Position numbers and translations under genes: made by a program
Shown: positions 37,312 through 49,429 of the stretch, in pieces
Numbering within the stretch: the first letter of the stretch is position 1
Layout: every line of letters starts with the position of its first letter
Source of the DNA: Ginglymostoma cirratum
Taxonomy: Eukaryota
Reading direction: 5' to 3'
Assembly (NCBI GenBank): GCA_024137785.1
Contig: JAHRHZ010000025.1
Location: forward strand, 32,220,024 to 32,284,023
Length of the DNA stretch: 64,000 bases
The notes under the pieces: model-generated
What the model was told of the DNA's origin: nothing
Database searches by the model: none
Seen by the model: only the letters and a program-made list of their open reading frames with translations

Positions 37312-38549
37312 ATGAAACAATCTACACCTTATCTGATGTGGGAGCCTCTTCTCAGATGTGGAAGCTTTTCCTCTCCCACAGTAGTCCACACACCCTTCAC
37401 TTGAGAACCCTGCACTTGAGGAGAATGATGACAGCAAACTTGGTCTGAGGTACAGCCTCAGTTTTGCTGCATAGACAACACCCATCTACAACAACTTGGC
37501 ATTTCATTAATATCACATGTCTGCCCAGTCAAGAAACTTGATGCCTCAACAGCAACAAAAAGGCAGGTGTGCACTTCTTCAGTTACTGCTGCTTTGTCCT
37601 CTGAATGATACAGCTTTAAACGATGCTTGCGGTCAGGAATACTATCATTTCTTCATGCGTAGTTGACGTGTCCAAATGGAGCAAAGCAGCCTGTCTCCCT
37701 GGGCCATCTCCAAGTCCAACTGGTACATGGAAAATTGGGAGGATGGTTCACGGAAATAAATGGCCATTTACAGTCGAGCTGGAAAGTGGGAAGCAAGGGT
37801 TGGCTTTGTCTAAGTGGCATTGAACTGTAAAAGCAATACATGGGAGGAAGGCTAGCATATCTGGCAAGAACGTGCTCCAGCCAGTGAAGAGAGGGTCAGA
37901 TTTCTGAAGGTGGAGAGGGTTAGTGAATGTCTGCCCATGTCACCCAAACTGAGGGAAATGCCTATCTGGGGCTCAGCCCATGGTGGTGCTTGGTAATGTG
38001 GCAGAAATGGCCACTGGGAGAGGGGAGAAGTGATATCCTGTAGTCTGGCACTGGAAGGCCAGGAGGCCATTCTTAATAATGACAATGATTTCCAGAGCAC
38101 TAAGGAAGGGAGAATGAAAGAGCACAGGAGCAACATGGATGGTAAATCACTGAGGACGGAACAGAATTGGGGCGGGGCGGTTGTGTGTCATGGTGGGTCA
38201 GGTTGATCATTTAAACAGCTCAATGAGCAAGCTTAATCTCACCATGCTGAATTTCTCTCAAACTGACTGCATGATATTCTTTCAAAGTAGGAATGGATGC
38301 TAAAATGGGGAGTTTTTTTATTGAGGGACTGAGTTACATCTGTGTATCAACATCATTTTTGGAGTTTGGATTTTAAAATAGTGGTGTTAATTGCTTTTCT
38401 GAAGGGTTTAGAAAATAATAAGGTTAGATATTCCTTCCTAATCCAATATGCATTAAAGGCCAGGCGATCCCTACCCTCCACCCCTGAATTGTTAATGGAA
38501 ATTATTTTTATTGTGGTAGTTTATGATAGATGGGGTAAAAATTGAAGGC

Positions 38550-39183
38550 CATGAGCTTGTTTTTGGTTTACGGTAATCAAAGATTAATTATAGCTTAGAA
38601 AGTTCAGAGATTGAAAGTTTTAAGGCAGATTGAAGGAGACCCGATAGGAATAAAAAACAATATAGTTTCTCTCTCAGTAAGGAATCTATAGTTAAGGGAA
38701 AGGATTGTTACCTTGGTAGAAATATTTATTTTGTGAAACTGCCAAACCAAGAAAATTTGATTAGAAATTGTACACTGTGAAAAGCTGAGAAAGACTAAGG
38801 TCTCAATTTTGTGAGTATTTTTGTAAGGAGACTTCAGAATTCACAGAAAACAACTGGGAAGAATCAGTTAAGCCAACCTTAAAGATTTGACACAGAGAAA
38901 CCATTTTTCTGAGTTTAATTTCTGTAAAGTGATGTGTTGAGGAATAGATTGAAACTTAGTTCGAAGAATTTTACAACACCCGACAAAGTGCTCTATAGAC
39001 GTTTTTTGTTAATTTTCCTTTCGTTCTTGTTGTTTGTATAATGAACTTCTGTGCTGTTGTCAAAGAAATGCTGCAGCCTTGTGTGGTCATGTTTCAGTGA
39101 ATGACCAACAAAATTATCTATCAAACCACATTTCATTCTGGGATCTGACTTGTCGAGTTGTACTATCAGTTGGGATTATTACA
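38550..39183 (+). mobile_element. LTR-like repeat, 3' part
   Basis: Ends TTATCTATCAAACCA...GGGATCTGACTTGTC...ATCAGTTGGGATTATTACA, matching the copies ending at 4143 and 50013. Confidence 0.5.
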
Positions 39184-39937
39184 CATGTTTTTTGGCCAAC
39201 TGAAGTTTCCCCCTTTTCATCAGGAGTCTAGTGAATCATGTCCAGCTACCCTCAGCAGTTACAATTTCAACAGGATGTAATAGTACTCCAACAAGATCTC
39301 TTGAAGTTGTGAATTCAAAGTTCATTTTTGCCTGATTACGATCTCATAACCTCTCAGCTATCTGGTAAGCATTGCAGGAAAGGAGACGAATAAAATCTAG
39401 AAACTGCTCCATTGGCACAAGCCAACCATCATAAGCACTGCACAATCTGGCGCCCTGGATGAACGCTGCACACAGGGAAAGGTGGCGAGCTTAAGATTAA
39501 GGAGGGTTGTTGCTTCTGGCAGTGCCATTATACCAAGGCCATTTTAGAAAGTCATTCTGGTCCAACCTCCCTGATAGCAATCCAACTATTGTACATGGGA
39601 ACATGGACTATGGTGCTTTTAATACCTCCGACATGCGTACTGCCATAATAAACATCAGGTTGCGATCATGGAGCTGTCCTATGAGACTATGTAGGATACA
39701 AATTCCCACAGAAAGTATTAGAGCTTGAAAGGAGGCCTAGTGTGAAGCATTGTGATATTGAGACTTTCTTAGGCTTGATGTTGGGCAGCTTGACGACACG
39801 AAGGTATAGGAGAAGTAAAACTACCTGCATGACAATATCAATGTTATATTAGCCCATGTAAAATCTACCAGAGACTTAGGTTCTTATTGAGTCACATATC
39901 TGGAAGTTTATTAACAAATAATTCTGCGAACTAATGT

Positions 39938-40046
39938 AGAGTCATAGAGTAATACGGCATGGGAACAGACCCTTCGGCCCAAACTGGTCCATGCTGACCA
40001 TAGTGCTCATTTAGCTAGTTCCAATTGCCTGCATTTGGTCCATATC
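39938..40046 (-). mobile_element. CR1 3' tail fragment
   Basis: AGAGTCATAGAG..TAC.GCATGGGAACAGACCCTTCGGCCCAA and TTTGGTCCATATCCCTCTAAA blocks. Confidence 0.7.
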
Positions 40047-40722
40047 CCTCTAAAATCTTCCCATCCAAAAGAAAGGACTGCAATGCATTGGCTGGGGATA
40101 TGACTTCTAACACTTTAAAAAAATTCTGGGTTATATGTTTAATTAGATCACTATTATAGACATGTTTGACTGGCTGATTAACAGAGGTTAACTGCTTAAT
40201 TAACTGATAACCGATTGACTATACAAACAATAAGATCGAGACATGTCACAATGTCATCTAATTATCTGAAAATGTGTACATCATTTGCACAATAATACAA
40301 CGCACTTCTTTTTTCCTACAAAGAATAGGAAATTTGTTCTGACCAATATATTCATAGATGCATATTGTACATTACTTTATACATTAACACTGTTTTTAGT
40401 GAATGTACAAGAAAAGTAAATTTAGTCTACTAAATAATAGGTTACAAGGGTTAAGGTACAGGTAGGAGGCTTGGGTAGATACTTGTCAGGTCTGAGGACT
40501 GAGGCTAGAGGAAGAGGGAACAAAATTATAAATGGGAGAAAGAGTATTTGTAAGGCAACAAGGGGAAGGGGGTCTAATGGGAAGAGTTCATCCACGTTTA
40601 GAAGGGTCTAGACTTCAAGGTGTGGGTGGTCAGTGCATGAACACATGGTCACTTCTTATGCCAGGAGCTCGGGGGAATGGTGGGTATGTGCAGAGTTGAA
40701 CAGGGAACTGAGAGTTAGAAAT

Positions 40723-40921
40723 TGTAGTGACTGGAGCTAGGTTGACCTGATTGACTACGAGATCCCTTATTAGGGTTGTTAGCCCAAGCCAATCAGGGAG
40801 CCCTAGGTGGCCAATATCAACAGGGGATTCAGAATCTCCTTATTCCAGGGACTGACTCCAAGCTGACTGTAAATACAGGGGGACTTGGTGACAGGATACC
40901 ATCCTCTGTGCAGTTATTTCA
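40723..40921 (+). mobile_element. Solo LTR (199 bp)
   Basis: TG...CA termini, imperfect inverted ends (TGTAGTGACT / AGTTATTTCA), perfect 5-bp TSD GAAAT (40718-40722 and 40922-40926) and two CCAAT boxes. Confidence 0.8.
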
Positions 40922-41023
40922 GAAATCCAGCAGATTCACGGGAAGGGCCAATAAAAAGGGACTCTATCTACATATAGAGGCAGAGGTTAGAAGCCACTAA
41001 GCGCTCACAATCTCCTTCTATTG

Positions 41024-43408
41024 TGGTGTGGATTGAAATCCTGTGATGGAAAACAAAATGGCTCCAAACACACCCAGATTGCATCCATTGAAGGAAGAAG
41101 CTGCAGGGCTCACCAGCATGATACCCTTTAAAAGAAAACAAATTTGCAGACCTGTGTATTGTACAGGACACAGAGCTGTGGGCTGCCTAATCCTTAGTGA
41201 TCCTAAAGCATTGGGTCCCTGTGTGTTGCACACTTTCCTGTCCCAGGCATATTTGACCACCTCATTCACATCAACAATTTGGGACAAAGGAGCCAGAGAA
41301 AGAATGGGGATGTTTCAGGACAAGGGATAATTGTCACAGCAGGACACATTGCCCCGTATATGCCTTGTTCATCTTTCTTCCACATGCTACAGCAGCCTCT
41401 GAACACAGACATCGATACATGGCACATCCTGTACGGCCATTGCACTGACACAATTACATTTGTAGCTAAACAGAGACTTGTGCAAACCGGCGTAGTGCCA
41501 AAGCAATGATATTTAGGCGAATATAAGAATTCATACGAGTGCAATATCACCTGTGTCACCAAAACCCCCTCAGTAAGTTTTGTCTTTCTCTCCATGCCAG
41601 ACATGCTTGAGTTCTGTAACTAGGGTGGAGCTCATTAGACCTGGTGGTTTGTTCGGGCAATCCTCCCCCTCCCCCCACCGCGAGCTGCCTTTGTTTGATC
41701 AACCCAGTGGCAAGTGGACCCTCCTTGGCTTGAACGTCCAAGGGTTGGAGGGGAGATGTTGGACTGGAACTGAAGGGGCTGCCATCTTCTGGAGTTTCCT
41801 GGGAGAAGACCACTGAGGGGCTTGCATGTGATTGCTCTTCTGGCTGTGTGCTTCCTAGCAATGCCTTAACTCCTTGTTGAAGGGCAGCTTGCGTGTAATA
41901 CCAGGTTGCCAATTCTCTTGTCTCCATGCTTTCAGTCATGAGGATCAAAGGCTAGGGTGCAAGTGTGTGTGCCTCTCCAACGGTGCCTGAGAGTGCTAGA
42001 CGTGGCTCTCCACGCCAGCTGTCAACCTTTCTGTGGAGGCAACCAGATGACGTATACATAGCTGCATTCCTGCAGCTTCTGGGCACTGGGACGTAGTGTC
42101 CCACATAGCTGTCTGCCGCTTCTGCTCCTCCATGTGCACAAAGTCCCTCTTCACTGAAACCACAGGATCCTCTCCTGCCCTGGGGCTGAACAACTGCATG
42201 GTCCCTGTCAGTCCTGTGAGTGATCCGGGGCACTTCTTTTTCATCAAGCTGTGAGCTGTTGCAGTGATGTGCTGTCCAACACATGCACCAAACCCCGCTT
42301 TGTCTGATACCTCCATTCTCTCGGCCTCAGAGATTGAGAAGTTGCCTGCTGGTAGAGCCCACCATTTCTCTATAAGGTAAGTGGCTAGCATCCCACCAGT
42401 ACTGCAGACAAAAGAGAGAGAAGGTGCTGCGGCCATTCATTAGGAGGGGTGTGCATTGATTGATAATGACACCTGGGTTCCTGCCAGTGCAATGAAGAGA
42501 GTGAGTTACTCAGTTTATTAGATATGGATATCTCACCATCCATGCAGGAGCAATCCCCAGTCTTCTCCTGTGAGGGCCAAGATTTTTCCCTTGTAAGGAC
42601 AAGGACACAATATTGAGCACCACCCACCCATCTGTGCCCTCCCTGCCCAATATTGGACTGTCCCCTCCTGGAATGAGAGGGAGGTAGGGCTTGAGTGAAT
42701 TAAAAGTTGATGATATGGCTATTAATGCTGGTGCAGATGGGGGTAAGGCAGTGAGGTGTTCAGAGTAAGTAAGGGTTAGAGTTGTAGGAGTTGGGGTGAG
42801 AGAGCGTGAGTGAATGAAGATTCTGCAGGCAATAGTGAAAGTGGCAGAACTTGAGCCTTGATGGGGAGATGGATGCAGCAATAGAGATAGTACAAGTCTA
42901 AGGTGGATGAGAGGGGACTGTGACACTTACCCAGGTGGAGTGTAAAAGGTCATTGACTTATTATATGCTCCTGGCTGTTACTCCAGACCACTGGGACCTC
43001 ACCTACCTAGATAGTAACCTTGGACCAAGCTGCCATGGTCTTGTGGCATGATGTGCTGTGCTAGCTCGCCAGGAAGATGATGCCCATTCTTTGAAAAACT
43101 TTATCTGTCAGGACATCCAGGTCCCTGTCAGAGAATCACAACATCATCTCCCCTCTCTCCAATTTGTTCTGAATCGGTCCATAACCGAGCAGGGCAGTTT
43201 TGGCATGCCAGTGCCTGTCCAGGTGCAGTGGCCTTTTAAATATGGTGTGGCAACATGGATGGACAGTGAATGAGAGGCGAGTTCTTTCTGTAAGAAGGGG
43301 CTAGAATCAGAACGTAAGGGACATCATTCAGGATAGGTAGATAATAGGGCAAATTTGGTAAGATGCTATGAGCCCTTGTTGCATGAAACCCTCCAAGAAA
43401 CTCAACCC
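41024..43408 (-). mobile_element. Harbinger/PIF DNA transposon relic
   Basis: Contains a spliced Myb/SANT-like relic; degenerate termini GGTGTGGATT and AAACTCAACCC resemble the GGGCTGAATTT motif. Confidence 0.6.
41700..43135 (-). pseudogene. Harbinger Myb/SANT-like gene relic with two GT-AG introns
   Basis: Exon 1 FSDRDLDVLTDKVFQRMGIIF...AAWSKV...(shift) VNDL..STW|GTAAGT. Intron 42668-42930 ends CTCTCATTCCAG. Exon 2 42510-42667 (..DCSCMDGE..). Intron 42402-42509 ends TTTGTCTGCAG. Stops and frameshifts present; 3' end uncertain. Confidence 0.6.
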
Positions 43409-44149
43409 AATTTTTAAATAGCCTGAAATATACAAGATGAAGCCCTTTGAGTCTTTCAGAGGGAGTTTCTTCATTTCCACGATGATCATAGAGGAAGTAA
43501 GTCTGCATATGCCAAGACATGAATGCACAGGCATTAATAGACGCACTTTCAATTTGCTTCATTGTGTCAGAGTTTTAGATTTATTACTTATGTCACATAC
43601 TTTATGTTAAAACTTACTGACAAAAGGTCCTAATCTTTTACTTCAATGTGACGGTGTTGTCAGCAACTTGGAAATGTGAGTGCTTCATTCTTTATTGTTA
43701 ATGTAATAAGCTGAAACAGACCCAGGAATTGGTGGCCAGCTAGTCACATACATCAAAGCTTAATTGTTAAAAAAAAAAGTCAGGTTTATTCACCCACAGC
43801 ATTAAGGTCTTTTAATTGCTGCACTGAATCCAACAGCAACAAAGAATAAATTCCAGCTTGCGAGTTTCTCGCTCTTAGTTCCTTCTTGTCCAACCCTGAC
43901 TTAGGCTGGGAGTTGTTCCTGATTAAAAGTAATTAAGATCAACAAATTCTTAAAGCTACTCTGCTCTGCATTTATCATTCAAACCTTTCATACTCCTCAA
44001 AGTCATACTGCTTAACAAAATTCTATGGCTTACACATTGCAAACATTTTGTTCCCTCTTTCATGGCGCGTTTAGAAGTGGGACGATCATTTATTCAGGTG
44101 CAACAATAGTGTACAGGCTCTCTATCTCTGCATTAGGGTGACATGTGTC

Positions 44150-44500
44150 AATTAGTAAATATGTTAATTGGGTGAGGTGGGGATTTGGGTCAAGAGTAGT
44201 GAGGGGGTGGTAAGGGGTTAATTAGATTGGTTGGGGTAGTTGAGACAATAGCTGGTTTGGCTAAAGATTGTAGTTAGGTCTTTAGGTGGTTAGGTGGTAG
44301 TCAGCGATCAGAGTGGTAGTTGGGAGGTAATTGAATGGTTGAGAGCAAGTAAGGTGGCCTAGGGTGTAGTTGGGTTTGCTGTGTAGAGTAATCATTTGGG
44401 TAGTTGAAGGGACCATTTGGCACAGTTTTGTGATATAGTCAGAAGGCCAAAGTGTAGTCTTGTTGAGTTGGCAGTGTAGATGAATGGTCAGGGACATAGA
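44150..44500. repeat. G/T-rich degenerate repeat (TAGTTGGG-like units)
   Basis: Strong strand skew with recurring TAGTTG/TAGTC; complementary C/A-rich block at 31380-31600. Confidence 0.5.
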
Positions 44501-45084
44501 GACAAAAGATATGTGTTCCTTCTTATTGACAGTGATCGATATATTTATAATTAAGCGGTATTTTTTTAACTACAGCATGATTGCCCCAATTAAATAATTA
44601 AAGCGGTAGCATCTTGTGAGTTTAAAAGTAAAAGAGGTTATTTATTATTACATGCTTACTTCAGAGATTTAAAACACATTATCTTACTTTTACATCTCAC
44701 ATATGCAATGATTAGATAGAGAAGAACGTAAAACAATGCAATTACAATTTGCAATTGTCTCAGTTCCTTTAGGCAGGTCTGTCATTTCTTAGATAAGTTG
44801 AAGTTTAGATAGAAGAGGTAAATGGTGGCATAATGGCAGGTTAATTTAACACAAAGAAATCAATTTATTTGCATACAAGAGGGAATAGTGGATGGCAGAT
44901 TTACTCCATAAACATCGAAACAGCTAAAGCTGCATTTAAAAGGGATCAAAGAGTATTATTAAAGTTAAAACTGAATGTTGTCAATCATTGTAAGGTAACA
45001 ATCGCCAAAGAAAAAAGACTAACAGCTTGACAGTCAGCGGAGCATAATACAAGACAGAGTGTACTATACTTGAAGTAGACCATT

Positions 45085-45263
45085 AAAACAAAACAAAGAA
45101 CTATGGTTGCTGGAAATCTGAAACAAAAACAGAAATTTCTAGAGAAATTCAACAGATCTGGCAGCACCTGTGCATGAAAGCAGAGTTAACATTTCGAGAC
45201 AAGCAATAGAACTCCAGTCAAAGCCAAACTTGCTGAGTTTCTCCAACAAATTCTGTTTTTGTT
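45085..45263. mobile_element. Penelope-like pLTR fragment with short inverted arm
   Basis: GCTGGAAATCTGAAACAAAAACAGAAA...TCTGGCAGCA...CAGAGTTAACATTTCG, followed by inverted TGCTGAGTTTCTCCAACAAATTCTGTTTTTGTT. Confidence 0.7.
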
Positions 45264-46901
45264 AAAGTGAAGCATTCTCTGGTTAGGTTACAGGTTCAGA
45301 GCTCACCTAGTTCTAGTCAGTAAAACAATTCAAATCCAGGAGGCAGTAAACAGAAAAGTCACCAGATTGACCCCAGCATCTAAGTTATGAAGAAATGTTA
45401 AAGAGTAAAGCTTGGGAGGGATTGTGTAAAGCAGTAATTACAGCAAGCAATACAAATTCAATCTAAGTCCAGGGCATAATTTAAAATTAAAATATGACTG
45501 CAAAATGGGCGAGCACAGCTTGAAACTGCTGACCTAAACACAAGAAATGGACAGGTGGGACTTTGAAGGTAACAGTCCAGGTGATCTTACACTCTAGAAC
45601 AGCCATCTAAAAATACTGTTCCCTTCAATAGCAACACTCCATAGATTCAAAAAAATACTTTTCAGAGCCAAAGCCAGTAGGCACCCACCAAAAATGTGTC
45701 ACCCATTCCATCATTGAAAATTAATTAAAGAGAATTAAGCATGGAGCTTCGCTTTCCGCACTTCCTCAATCAAATCTATCTTATGTTCTTGTGAACTGCA
45801 TATGAAAATCAAAAGTAACCTACAAATGTCTGTGGGTAATTCGATTAAATGAAATAGGAAAAGTAATAATAACAGCCACTGGCAGTTTTAAGAGAAGCCA
45901 TTTGGCACACTTAGCAGCAACATGTAATGATAGAAGATTGTTATTCTGTAATGGATTGTAAAGCAAGTTTGTTTTATGGGTTATGTTTTTTTTCAAGGTT
46001 TCTGAGATAATACATCCTGTACCTGTCAGCCTACAAATCTCTAATAACCTGATTAAATAACACCATTTGCAGAAACGAAACTAAATATTCAACCTGGTAA
46101 CAATCAAATGCATCATTCAGACATTTTGACCTGCCAAAAAATTAAAGTCTTTAGGTCTAGCATGTACATGAATTTGACATTATCAAATGTTTTTGGCAAG
46201 CACTGAACCAATATTTCTTGGATGTTAAATGATTGGCCTCAGAAAGGAAATAATCACTGCTCGGGGCTGGCAAACTAATATGGAAAATGTCATGATTAAT
46301 CGGAGATGTTTGAACTGAATATGAGAAAGATTTCTAAAATGAAAGGTCACAATTTCATAGCTGTGTTCATTGATTAACCTGGTAAAAGGCATTCAGGGCT
46401 AGGTAATCCGAGATAAAAAGCAGGATTCATTGTTAGCAGAGAACTGTAAAAACATGGAAGACAAGTAAAAGAATGAAATATCATTACTAGATGAGCAGGT
46501 TGATTGTCAACCTGTAAATTATTCCAAAATGCCCATGGTAAGTGTGAGAGTGAGAGATATGAGAGATGTGTGGTTAGCCAGGCTGTGACTCCCAGGGCCA
46601 GATAAATGGAGAGGGTAGAGTAAGGACAGGACAGCCAGTTGTTTCAAATCCTCCCCAAAAGAAGTTTTTTCAGATCGAGGTGAGCAAAACTAGCACTGTG
46701 ACAGCCCCATTAAACATGGAGAAAAGCAAAACAGGGAGAGCAAATAGGTTGACAAATAGTAAAATAATTAAGAGATATACTGATGAGGCATAAGATATCA
46801 TAAAAGAAAAACAGAAAGAGAAACAAGAAAAACACTAAGAAGCTATTGTTATTTAATGAAGCAATTATTTAGAATAATAGGATGAAATTCATTGTTGAAA
46901 G

Positions 46902-47005
46902 GGCGCTTACGGTGGTAGAAACCCTGCCTCTGGCCCAGATGCAGGTTCCACCTATTGCAGAGGTATGTAATAACATCCCTGAAAAGGTTGATTACTAATA
47001 CCTAG
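46902..47005 (+). mobile_element. Short tRNA-like SINE, copy 3, with TSD
   Basis: Body GCAGAGGTATGTAATAACATCCCTGAAAAGGTTGATTA; flanked by AATTCA(T/C)TGTTGAAAG (46886-46901 and 47006-47021). Confidence 0.7.
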
Positions 47006-47089
47006 AATTCACTGTTGAAAGCAGATATATCAAAACTCAATCCAATGGGGCTAGTGTAAGGCTGGCTTAGGTTCAAGCAGTTAGTTGTA

Positions 47090-47480
47090 ATAATGACAAC
47101 TTAAATAACACCTTAAATATCGCAAGCTATACAAAATTGTTTCTCACAAGCATTATGAATACAAAATCTTGGCTCCAAGCCACTTAAGGAGGCATTAGGA
47201 CAGGTATCAAAAGCTTAGCCATAATGTTTAGGTTTTAAGGAGTATTTTACAGGAAGACAGAAAGGTAGAGATGCAGACAACATTAGGGAGAGAAATGCAA
47301 TTTTATCAGCTAAAGGCACAGGTGCCTTCAGCAATCAGGCACACGCAAAAGGTCGGAAATGGAAGAACAGAGTCCTTGGAAGTTAGGCGAATTGGAATAG
47401 GTTGCAGAGATAAAGAGGACCAAGTCCGTTGTTGTATTTGGACACAAGAAAAACTTTAAATTTTAAGCTACCACGGGTAC
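47090..47480 (-). mobile_element. Decayed L2-like LINE 3' fragment
   Basis: CAAAAGCTTAGCC...AGGTTTTAAGGAG and AGGTAGAGATGCAGA...TTAGGGAGAGAA blocks (recalled resemblance only). Confidence 0.45.
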
Positions 47481-47711
47481 TTCAAAAGCCAAGAAGCTGG
47501 ACTGAGCAGGATGCAGTGCAGCAGGTTAATAGAATGGTTGGAGGAGAAATTAATTATATATACAAGCAACTGAGACATAAAATGATTGGAGGAGCTGTGT
47601 TCCTAGGTAAGGAGCTAACATCTTGTGGAATTCTCAAGGAAGTCTATCACATTTAAGAGCTAAAAATCTGCAGGGGCGTACCAGCTGGAATGAACATTTG
47701 TATTAAGTATG

Positions 47712-47925
47712 GAAGTGGTGTTGTGTGATAGTGTCACTGATCCTGTAATCAAGAACAAGGAGCTAATATTTTCAGTGAATGGCTTCAAATCCCATCATGG
47801 TAGACGGCGAAATTTGAATTCAATACACCTCTAGAATTCAAAGACAAGCTACTCTAGTGTTGTAAGAATCTGTTCACTCATGAAGGCAATCTGTAATTTT
47901 TTTACCTGGTGTAGCCTCACTTCCA
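47712..47925 (+). mobile_element. SacSINE1-like SINE 5' fragment
   Basis: TTCAAATCCCATCATGGTAGA.GG.GAAATTTGAATTCAATA and GTTCACTCATG-AAGG.AATCTG, similar to 14477-14700. Confidence 0.6.
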
Positions 47926-48167
47926 ACTTTATGACCACTTCCTTCCCATCAACCTGCTCCCATGTGTTCATAAAATTCACCCCTGATTACTACAGGAAGA
48001 TTCAAATGAAACAGTTGAAGTGATCTCTGTTTCTTGGCTTTCTTTGACTCTTTAGAGGGGCTGAAGTTATATATTCTGCAATAGTTATATGGATTGGGAT
48101 TATTGTTCTTCACGGTCAGTTTTACTCTGCACTGGAAGGATAGCTTGGGCTGTATGACCTTTCAACA

Positions 48168-48633
48168 GAATCATAGAATCCCTACAGCATGGAAGCAGAC
48201 CATTCAGCCCATTGAGTCCATGCTGAATCTCTGAAGAGCATCTCACTCAGACCCACCCCCCTAACCTATCCCTGCAACCTTGCATTTCCTATGGCTAACA
48301 CGCCTAGTCTGCACATCCCTGGACACGATGGGCAATTTAGCAAATAAAACCCGAAAGAACTGAGGATGCTGTAACTCAGGAAGAAAAACAGAAGTTGCTG
48401 GAAAAGCTCAGCAGGTTTGGCAGCATCTGTGAAGAAAACAATCAGAGTTAATGTGGGCAATTTAACCTGCACATTTAACCTAACCTGCACCTCTTTGGAC
48501 TGTGGGAGGAAACCCACGTAGACACGGGGAGAATGTGCAAACTCCACACAGACAATCACCTGAGCCAGGAATCAAATCTGGGTCTCTGGTGTTGTGAGGC
48601 AGCAATGCCACCCACTGAACCACCGTGCCAACC
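48168..48633 (-). mobile_element. HE1-like V-SINE interrupted by a Penelope-like fragment
   Basis: Tail AGAATCATAGAATCCCTACAG, V-core GGACTGTGGGAGGAAACCC...AAACTCCACACAGACA and head CACTGAACCACCGTGCC. Confidence 0.9.
48340..48453 (-). mobile_element. Penelope-like pLTR fragment nested in the SINE
   Basis: AAAACAGAAGTTGCTGGAAAAGCTCAGCAGGTTTGGCAGCATCTGTG; 11-bp TSD TGGGCAATTTA (48329-48339 and 48454-48464). Confidence 0.8.
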
Positions 48634-49429
48634 CTTATAATGGAGTACAGGCAAATTAATTTCTCTCTGAATCCAGGTACAGGCCAAATATCAGATGTTC
48701 TGTTACATCCCTGTTGTACTGGAGCCACATCAATTGCAGGGAGAGCTGTCCTTCACTGAAGTGAGGAGGATTCACTTTCTGGCAATAAGTAGTGAGAGCT
48801 GTGCCAACCTGCTAATTGGGTAGGCCCAGCTTGTACTGAGCTGGAATCCTCTGACTGAGGTCAGGCGTTGCAATGGATGGAGTAGAAATTATGCTTAGTA
48901 AAACAGTCAAAAGCTCCAGGAAGGATCTGGTATTTATGAACAAAGTGTAATGTTAACGGGAAAGCAAGGAACATTTTGTCCCAGTGATTATATTATTGTG
49001 GTTAGAATGTACAACATAGTGAGGTTAAATGCCATAGGCTGTTGAATTACTGTGTTGGAACTATAATTAAAGAGAAGTACAATGTGTGATGGGGCGATTA
49101 GGAACAATTCATTTTCAAATTATGTCCCAAGGCACAATAACTTTCCAAAATAACGTTTGAACATATTATTTGAAATAAACAGAGCTAGCAAGTGATTTGT
49201 GCAGAAGCCTATCATTTCAATCTGCCACTGGTTACCTAATGTGGGCACTAGAGGAGGAGAAAGATGCTGACAGCTCCTTTCACCGCATGCGGTAGAATAC
49301 TTCATAAAAGCACTCGGCTGAACAATATTCCATTGTTGTTTTACTGGGATCGTGCAGGTGATTTATTTAAGTGTGAAGTCCCTTTAAAATTATGCCAATG
49401 TTAAGAGCCGATGGGAATTCTCAGTTGGT

